A DNA stretch of 34,019 nucleotides from Mangrovibacterium sp. (GTDB lineage Bacteria > Bacteroidota > Bacteroidia > Bacteroidales > Prolixibacteraceae). Shown here one piece after another: positions 28,630 through 34,019 of this stretch. The stretch spans positions 1 to 34,019 of the forward strand of contig JBFWIL010000001.1 of the NCBI GenBank assembly GCA_050256015.1, written 5' to 3'. A model generated the notes under the pieces. That model ran no database searches. It was not told the DNA's origin and saw nothing but the letters and a program-made list of their open reading frames with translations. Both the position numbers and the translations under genes were made by a program. The first letter of the stretch is position 1; each line of letters opens with the position of its first letter.

Positions 28630-29376
28630 TTAGGTATTCATTGCTCCGCATACATGGATTACCTGTCCGCTGACATAAGACGACAGGTCGGAGGCCAGGA
28701 ATAAAGCCACCTTGGCCACTTCTTCCGGGGTTCCTCCCCTTCTCATCGGGATGTTGGCTTCCCAGGCCTTACGTGCTTCTTCCGGAATTTTAGCAGTCAT
28801 CTCCGTTATTATGAAGCCGGGAGCAATGGCATTGCTGCGAATACCCCGTGAACCAAGCTCTTTGGCAACCGACTTGGTAAATCCTATAATTCCGGCTTTG
28901 GAAGCGGAATAGTTGGTCTGACCGGCATTACCGCTCACGCCAACCACTGAGCTCAGGTTTACGATCGATCCGCTCCGCTGTTTCAGCATGGTTTTCTGAA
29001 CGGCTTTAGTGAAATTGAAAACCGATTTCAGGTTGACATTAATCACGGCATCCCACTGCTCTTCGGTCATCCGCAGCAGCAGGGTATCCTTGGTAATGCC
29101 GGCATTGTTAACCAGCACATCCACCTGCCCGAATTCTTCCACAATTTTTTTCACCACTTCTTCGGTCTGGTCAAACAGGGCTGCATTTGAAGCATACCCT
29201 TTTGCTCTGACCCCAAGGGCAGCCAGCTCGGTTTCCGTTGCTTTCATGTTCTCATCTTCGAACAAATCGGTAAAAGCAACATTACAGCCTTCCCTGGCAA
29301 ATTTCACAGCAATAGCCTTGCCGATTCCCCTGGAGGCTCCGGTAATAATTGCCGTTTTTCCTTCTAGTAGTTTCAT
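28630..29376 (-). CDS. fabG: 3-oxoacyl-[acyl-carrier-protein] reductase
   Basis: 248 aa SDR. Motifs TGASRGIGKAIA, NNAGI and YSASKAGIIGFTKS.A.E, matching the FabG pattern throughout. Confidence 0.93.
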   Translation of the reverse strand: MKLLEGKTAIITGASRGIGKAIAVKFAREGCNVAFTDLFEDENMKATETELAALGVRAKGYASNAALFDQTEEVVKKIVEEFGQVDVLVNNAGITKDTLLLRMTEEQWDAVINVNLKSVFNFTKAVQKTMLKQRSGSIVNLSSVVGVSGNAGQTNYSASKAGIIGFTKSVAKELGSRGIRSNAIAPGFIITEMTAKIPEEARKAWEANIPMRRGGTPEEVAKVALFLASDLSSYVSGQVIHVCGAMNT

Positions 29377-29551
29377 TCATTTAAAATTTTATGAGATGTT
29401 GATTACAAATTTTGTATACGAGCCCGTGTTTTTCATAAAATGACCACAAATATACTTTTTTTTGCCATCTCCATATACAAACGAAAAGAATATCCCCTCC
29501 GGACATAGCTTATCGTGTCGGCTTTGCAAAAATATCAACCATTTGATTGGA

Positions 29552-30292
29552 TTATTCCAATAATATCTGCTCCAGCCGGACCAGCACCTCTGCAGCTTTC
29601 CCGGGAAGATAGATGTCAGTGATGCTGCCGGTAAAGGAAGAAATTTCCGGATTTATTTCTATGATGGTTGCTCCGTGTTCTTTGGCCATCCGGGGAATAT
29701 AAGCTGCGGGCACCACCTCTCCGGTCGATCCTACCACAAGGCATACATCTGCCTGCCGGGCATCTGATACCGACAGACTGTATGCCTGTTCCGGTATGCC
29801 CTCCCCAAAAAATATGAAATTCGGTTTCAGAACCGTTCCATCGTGTTTACATTTCGGGGGAAGCCGATCGAGGTCAAATTCGCTAACCGCATACTTTCTT
29901 CCGCATTTCAGGCAGATCAGTTGTTTGGAATTTCCGTGAAACTCCCTGACGGCATGACTTCCTGCTTCCTGGTGAAGATTGTCGATATTTTGCGTGACAA
30001 CCGATTTCAGCACACCCTTTTTCTCCAGCCTGGCCATAACCAGATGGGCCTGGTTGGGTTGCGACCGGTCAAAATATTCATAAAAAATTTTCCGGATGTA
30101 AGTCCAGCATCTTTCCGGGTTTTCCAAAAAATAATCCAGATCGAGCACTTTCGGATCGTATTTGGTCCACACCCCCTGTGTTCCGCGGAATGCAGGAATA
30201 CCGCTTTCCACAGAAATTCCTGCTCCGGTAAAGGCTATCAGATGCTTTGACTTTTTAATTACAGCACTTGCTGTTTCAATTTGTCTGTCCAT
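29552..30292 (-). CDS. cobB: NAD-dependent protein deacylase (Sir2/CobB family)
   Basis: 246 aa. Motifs GAGISVESGIPAFRG, TQNIDNLHQ, HG, and a zinc module CLKC...C.H. Confidence 0.9.
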   Translation of the reverse strand: MDRQIETASAVIKKSKHLIAFTGAGISVESGIPAFRGTQGVWTKYDPKVLDLDYFLENPERCWTYIRKIFYEYFDRSQPNQAHLVMARLEKKGVLKSVVTQNIDNLHQEAGSHAVREFHGNSKQLICLKCGRKYAVSEFDLDRLPPKCKHDGTVLKPNFIFFGEGIPEQAYSLSVSDARQADVCLVVGSTGEVVPAAYIPRMAKEHGATIIEINPEISSFTGSITDIYLPGKAAEVLVRLEQILLE

Positions 30293-30337
30293 TTTTCAAC
30301 ATTTAAACTTCAAAGCTAAACAAAGTAAGTATACAAT

Positions 30338-30381
30338 ATTCTGAATAGTGTCCTCATTCTGAAAATTCATTTTTTCAGAAT
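30338..30381. repeat. three ATTCTGAA half-sites, including a perfect 10-bp inverted repeat ATTCTGAAAA-ttcatt-TTTTCAGAAT (30356-30381)
   Basis: Read directly from the sequence in the divergent Sir2/glf intergenic region. A third direct copy lies at 30338-30345. Confidence 0.7.
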
Positions 30382-30434
30382 TCATTGCTCAAAAAACCAT
30401 ATCTTAGGGCCTCGAAACGGAAAATCGATCTGGA

Positions 30435-31538
30435 ATGTATGATTTTATTATTGCCGGAGCGGGCTTGTATGGTGCGGTAATGGCATACGAAGCTCAAAAA
30501 AAAGGGTATAAATGTCTGGTTATTGAAAAAAGGGAACATACGGGTGGAAATATATATTGCAGGGAGATTGCCGGCATTCATGTGCATTACTACGGCGCTC
30601 ATATTTTTCACACCGGGAACGAAACAATCTGGAATTATGTAAATCAGTTTGTCCAATTCAATCATTATGTTAATTCTCCGATTGCCTGCTATCAGGGCAA
30701 ACTGTATAACCTTCCCTTCAACATGAATACTTTCTATCAGTTGTGGGGCACCCTGACCCCGACAGAAGCCATGTCCGAAATTAACCGTCAAAGGAATAAA
30801 TACCAAACTGCACATGCCCGCAACCTGGAAGAGATGGCCCTGAGTCTGGTTGGTGAGGACATTTATTATACCCTTATTAAAGGATATACGGAAAAGCAAT
30901 GGGGAAAACCGGCCAGTGAAATTCCGGCTTTTATAATACAACGTATTCCGCTGCGTTTTACCTTCAATAACAACTATTTTGACGACCCCTACCAGGGGAT
31001 TCCCATCGGGGGATACAATCAGCTGATCAATGCCTTGCTGGAAGGCACAGAAGTAAGGTTAAACACGGATTTCCTGTCAGACCGGGAGTCATATCTGCAA
31101 CAGGCACGGAAGGTAATCTATACCGGAGAAATTGACCGGTACTTTGCTTATTGCCTGGGAAGATTGGAATATCGCAGTCTGCATTTTGAACATGAACTTT
31201 TGCATACTGAATCCAATTATCAGGGAAATGCAGTGATTAATTACACCGATGCCGAAGTTCCCTACACACGGATTCTGGAACACAAGCATTTTGAATTCGG
31301 AGAACAGCAGTCCACTGTCATTTCCAGGGAATATTCCACCGAATTCAGAGAAGGAACAGATCCTTATTATCCTATTAATGATGAGCAAAATGAACATTTA
31401 TATATAAAGTACAAGCAACTGGCCGCAAAAGATTCCCGCCTGCATTTTGGAGGACGGCTGGGCGCCTACCGCTATTACAATATGGATCAGGTAATTGAAG
31501 CTGCCTTAAATGATTTTAAAATTATATCCGGACAATGA
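30435..31538 (+). CDS. glf: UDP-galactopyranose mutase
   Basis: 367 aa. MYDFIIAGAGLYGAV FAD motif, and near-collinear with E. coli Glf (YGAHIFHT, LPFNMNTF, LVGEDIY..LIKGYTEKQWG, PYTRI.EHKHF, YYP.ND). Confidence 0.95.
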   Translation: MYDFIIAGAGLYGAVMAYEAQKKGYKCLVIEKREHTGGNIYCREIAGIHVHYYGAHIFHTGNETIWNYVNQFVQFNHYVNSPIACYQGKLYNLPFNMNTFYQLWGTLTPTEAMSEINRQRNKYQTAHARNLEEMALSLVGEDIYYTLIKGYTEKQWGKPASEIPAFIIQRIPLRFTFNNNYFDDPYQGIPIGGYNQLINALLEGTEVRLNTDFLSDRESYLQQARKVIYTGEIDRYFAYCLGRLEYRSLHFEHELLHTESNYQGNAVINYTDAEVPYTRILEHKHFEFGEQQSTVISREYSTEFREGTDPYYPINDEQNEHLYIKYKQLAAKDSRLHFGGRLGAYRYYNMDQVIEAALNDFKIISGQ

Positions 31539-31599
31539 TATATATAGCGTACCATAAAGCTTATCCCCAACTCACAAAAGATCCCGCATACTGTGGAAT

Positions 31600-31710
31600 T
31601 CATGTGGGCAAGGCGCTTTCAGATAAGAACCTTAATATGCTAACCAAGACCGCAATAAAAACCATCCAGTTGCCCATCTTGTTTTTCCGAGATTTGAAGT
31701 TCTGAAACAT
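31600..31710 (-). CDS. possible small hydrophobic peptide (36 aa); very uncertain
   Basis: Internal Met of the 93-aa track ORF (MFQNFKSRKNKMGNWMVFIAVLVSILRFLSESALPT). The full ORF would overlap the mnmE start. I recognise no homology. Confidence 0.15.
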   Translation of the reverse strand: MFQNFKSRKNKMGNWMVFIAVLVSILRFLSESALPT

Positions 31711-31765
31711 AATTGTTTTGAGAATGAGTCCCCGGAGAAGTTTTCCGATTCTCTTGCTGATTGTG

Positions 31766-31773
31766 TAATTTTG
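31766..31773 (+). promoter_or_regulatory. candidate -7 box TAATTTTG upstream of mnmE
   Basis: Matches TAnnTTTG, 19 nt upstream of the ATG at 31793. The -33 region is only TTTTC. Confidence 0.35.
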
Positions 31774-31792
31774 CGGAAACAATTTACTTGCT

Positions 31793-33190
31793 ATGTCAGA
31801 CCCGTCTACCATTTGTGCCGTTGCCACCTCCCCGGGGATGGGACCAATTGCCGTCATTAGGCTTTCAGGAGAAAAGGCCATTGAGATTACCGATGAAATT
31901 TTTCAGTCTCCGGCCAAAAGCCAAAGACTGGCCAGGCAGAAAGCCAACACCCTGCATTTCGGCACGCTCTGCGAAGGGCCCGAAATCATTGACGAGGTGG
32001 TGATCTCCCTGTTTCGTGCTCCCCACTCCTTTACCGGGGAAGACGTGGTGGAAATCAGTTGTCACGGTTCCGTATACATCCAGCAACGTATCTTGCAGTT
32101 GCTTCTCTCCCATGGTGCCCGCATGGCCCGTCCGGGCGAATACACCCAGCGTGCCTTTATGAACGGCAAGATGGATCTTTCGCAGGCCGAAGCTGTAGCC
32201 GACCTGATTGCCTCCACCACCCGGGCCTCCCAGAAAGTAGCCATGAGCCAGATGCGGGGCGGCTTTTCTGCCCGTCTTGGGGAATTGCGCAAACAACTGC
32301 TTCACTTTATTGCCCTGGTGGAACTGGAACTGGACTTTAGCGAGGAAGATGTGGAATTTGCCGACCGCAAACAGCTAAGGGAACTGGTCGACCGGATTGC
32401 CAGGGTCGTAAACCGCCTGAAAGATTCTTATCAGCTGGGCAATGTCATTAAAAACGGGATTCCTGTGGCCATCATCGGCGAAACCAATGTGGGTAAGTCA
32501 ACCCTGCTGAATGCCCTGCTCAATGAAGAACGGGCTATTGTATCCGATATCCACGGCACGACCCGCGATGTCATTGAAGATGTAATAAACATCCAGGGAA
32601 CCGCCTTCCGCTTTTTTGATACTGCGGGCATACGCGAAACGGTCGACGCCATTGAATCTATGGGCATTGAACGTTCATTCAACAAACTCCGGGAAGCCAG
32701 TATTGTACTGCTGGTGGTTGACACCGGCAATCCTCTGTCTCTGATTACCGGACGAATCGAAAAGATTCGCCGGCATATCAATCCGCAACAGCATTTAGTC
32801 ATCACAGCCAACAAAGTTGATATAGGATCGCAAAAAACCATCTGTGCATTACGTGATATGCCTCTGGGCAAAAGCGAACGGCTGGTTTTCCTCTCCGCAA
32901 AAAACAAAATGCATCTGGAGGAGCTGATCTCCGTCATGCAGCATGCAGTCGCCCTGGATCAGCTAAGCGAAGAAGACACGATTGTAACCAATGCCCGCCA
33001 TTACGAAGCCCTTTGCAAAGCCTCTGAAGCCCTGCAACGAGTACAGAGCGGAATGGACCAGCTCATCTCTGGGGAATTCCTGGCCCAGGACATTCGTGAA
33101 TGCCTGGAATACCTCGGGGAGATCACCGGACAAATCAGCAACGATGAAGTGCTCGGGCACATTTTTAAGCATTTCTGTATCGGGAAGTAA
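31793..33190 (+). CDS. mnmE: tRNA uridine-5-carboxymethylaminomethyl modification GTPase MnmE (TrmE)
   Basis: 465 aa. N-terminal ICAVATSPG..G.IAVIRLSG, G-domain GETNVGKSTLLNAL / DTAGIRET / NKVD, and the invariant C-terminal FCIGK. Confidence 0.96.
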   Translation: MSDPSTICAVATSPGMGPIAVIRLSGEKAIEITDEIFQSPAKSQRLARQKANTLHFGTLCEGPEIIDEVVISLFRAPHSFTGEDVVEISCHGSVYIQQRILQLLLSHGARMARPGEYTQRAFMNGKMDLSQAEAVADLIASTTRASQKVAMSQMRGGFSARLGELRKQLLHFIALVELELDFSEEDVEFADRKQLRELVDRIARVVNRLKDSYQLGNVIKNGIPVAIIGETNVGKSTLLNALLNEERAIVSDIHGTTRDVIEDVINIQGTAFRFFDTAGIRETVDAIESMGIERSFNKLREASIVLLVVDTGNPLSLITGRIEKIRRHINPQQHLVITANKVDIGSQKTICALRDMPLGKSERLVFLSAKNKMHLEELISVMQHAVALDQLSEEDTIVTNARHYEALCKASEALQRVQSGMDQLISGEFLAQDIRECLEYLGEITGQISNDEVLGHIFKHFCIGK

Positions 33191-33284
33191 TTACCTTTCT
33201 TTTGTTTATCTTTTATATTCTTTTTCAATCACTTACATATATTTATTTTCTTATTTCTGTTGTTATTTTCCTTTATTTTAGTTA

Positions 33285-33337
33285 TTTTTGTTGCTAATAT
33301 GTTGCTTCAATAACAAATTTTGTTGCAAGCAACAAAA
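33285..33337. repeat. GTTGC repeat cluster: TTTTTGTTGC (33285-33294), TGTTGC (33300-33305), and perfect palindrome TTTTGTTGC-AA-GCAACAAAA (33318-33337)
   Basis: Read directly from the sequence. The 2-nt spacer argues against an RNA hairpin and for a dimeric protein-binding site. Confidence 0.7.
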
Positions 33338-33361
33338 AATCAATCCGAGTGGCGAAATGAT

Positions 33362-33417
33362 GTTACATACAGATACATCACGATACACAAGGATACATTG
33401 AGATACTTAAAGGTACA
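33362..33417 (+). repeat. six hexamers at exact 10-bp phasing: GTTACA, GATACA, GATACA, GATACA, GATACT, GGTACA
   Basis: Hexamer starts at 33362, 33372, 33382, 33392, 33402 and 33412. The array ends 5 nt before the ATG at 33423. Confidence 0.8.
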
Positions 33418-33422
33418 GTTCA

Positions 33423-33776
33423 ATGAGCAGCAAAATAGAAATTACAAAGGTATGCCAACACTGCGGTAAGGAGTTTATCGCTAAGACCACCGTAACCAAA
33501 TTTTGTGGTCATGCTTGTGCCGCTAAGAGCTACAAAGAGCGGAAGAAAACCGAAAAGTTGAACCAGGTTAAATCCCCTACCGAGCAAAGAACAGATTACA
33601 ATTTTTCCCAACTCAACGAAAAGGAATATTTAAGTATTGCAGACACATGCCAACTTTTGGGTGCCAGCCGCATGACTATTTACCGCCAGATTAAAAGCGG
33701 CAACATTAATGCCGTTAAACTGGGTAGGCGAACCATCATTAAGAAATCCGAAATTGAAAAACTGTTTGCATCATGA
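33423..33776 (+). CDS. excisionase-family (HTH_17/MerR-like) DNA-binding protein with N-terminal CxxC...CxxxC zinc-ribbon-like segment
   Basis: 117 aa. CQHCGKEF...FCGHAC, then YLSIADTCQLLGASRMTIYRQIKSGNINAVKLGRRTIIKKSEIEKLF, which is typical of Xis-type HTH proteins encoded next to Bacteroidota integrases. Confidence 0.75.
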   Translation: MSSKIEITKVCQHCGKEFIAKTTVTKFCGHACAAKSYKERKKTEKLNQVKSPTEQRTDYNFSQLNEKEYLSIADTCQLLGASRMTIYRQIKSGNINAVKLGRRTIIKKSEIEKLFAS

Positions 33777-34019
33777 GCGTAAAACTTAGAAAACGAAATC
33801 AGGGAGGAAAAACCAGCCTATACCTTGATTATTACAGTGCCGGTAAAAGAAAAACTGAAACCTTGAAACTGTATTTACTCCCGAAACCCAAAACCAAGCT
33901 GGAACGGGAACAAAACAAAAAGACATTAGAACTTGCTGAAAATATCCGTGCGCAACGTCAATTGGAAATGCAAAACGGAGAATACGGTTTTCGCGATAAG
34001 GAAAAGCAAAAAGGCAGCC
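33773..34019 (+). CDS. tyrosine site-specific integrase, N-terminal arm-type DNA-binding domain only (3' truncated by window end)
   Basis: My own translation from ATG 33773 has no stops to the window end: MSVKLRKRNQGGKTSLYLDYYSAGKRKTETLKLYLLPKPKTKLEREQNKKTLELAENIRAQRQLEMQNGEYGF. The pattern K.R.....G..SLYLDYY..GKR....L.LYL...LAE.IR matches N-termini of Bacteroidota integrases. It is not in the ORF track because it is open-ended. Confidence 0.7.
   Translation, partial: MSVKLRKRNQGGKTSLYLDYYSAGKRKTETLKLYLLPKPKTKLEREQNKKTLELAENIRAQRQLEMQNGEYGFRDKEKQKGS

Larger units (their letters stand above)
33191..34019. mobile_element. left end of a putative integrated element (att-proximal AT-rich repeats + excisionase-type HTH + tyrosine integrase); extends beyond the window
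   Basis: Abrupt change to very AT/T-rich DNA right after the mnmE stop. Repeat arrays follow, then an HTH_17-like gene overlapping (ATGA) an ORF with a Bacteroidota integrase arm-binding N-terminus. Confidence 0.55.

Noticed and set aside
33191-33422. Looked for a tRNA or tmRNA gene as the integration target at the element junction.
   Set aside because: No cloverleaf-compatible sequence or conserved T-loop (GTTCGAATC-like) is visible. The region is AT-rich repeats only.
1-34019. CRISPR arrays, rRNA genes, IS elements with terminal inverted repeats, riboswitches (TPP, FMN, cobalamin cores) and RNase P, tmRNA or SRP RNA signatures.
   Set aside because: I found no regularly spaced 25-40-bp repeats, no transposase-like ORF and no conserved ncRNA core motifs when reading the intergenic regions. 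A covariance-model scan would be needed to be definitive.

Overview
This 34-kb chromosomal segment reads as Bacteroidota, probably Bacteroidales-like. That assignment is an inference from TAnnTTTG-type -7 boxes upstream of several genes, gyrA followed by a TPR gene, a fused E1 alpha/beta 2-oxoacid dehydrogenase and a Bacteroidota-type integrase N-terminus. About 28 CDS are supported and nearly all are housekeeping. In order they are: slyD, aroC, a DUF134 protein, a DAACS symporter, fucI-fucP plus a GntR regulator, a TPR lipoprotein divergent from a 963-aa HExxH/propeller/barrel-like protein, and a membrane metallophosphoesterase. A ~560-bp AT-rich noncoding gap follows, then an XRE regulator, pyrK-pyrD, a serine hydrolase, a small secreted protein, E2 and fused E1ab of a 2-oxoacid dehydrogenase, flavodoxin, a TPR protein, gyrA, clpC, fabG, a Sir2 deacylase, glf and mnmE. 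The last ~830 bp switch abruptly to AT-rich DNA carrying repeat arrays, an excisionase-type HTH gene and the 5' end of a tyrosine integrase, which looks like the left edge of an integrated element whose cargo lies beyond the window. I saw no rRNA, tRNA or CRISPR array. I do not see a convincing self-contained novel multi-gene system inside the window. The best leads are: (1) the mnmE-adjacent integrase module with an exactly 10-bp-phased GATACA array and a GTTGC repeat/palindrome cluster; (2) the divergent lipoprotein / 963-aa metallopeptidase-like outer-membrane protein pair; (3) the long AT-rich ORF-free gap at 13.0-13.6 kb; (4) operator-like inverted repeats between the Sir2 gene and glf; (5) an E2-E1ab-flavodoxin cluster with no E3 gene and an atypical flavodoxin FMN loop. 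All family assignments rest on my recognition of motifs in the supplied translations. No database search was run.
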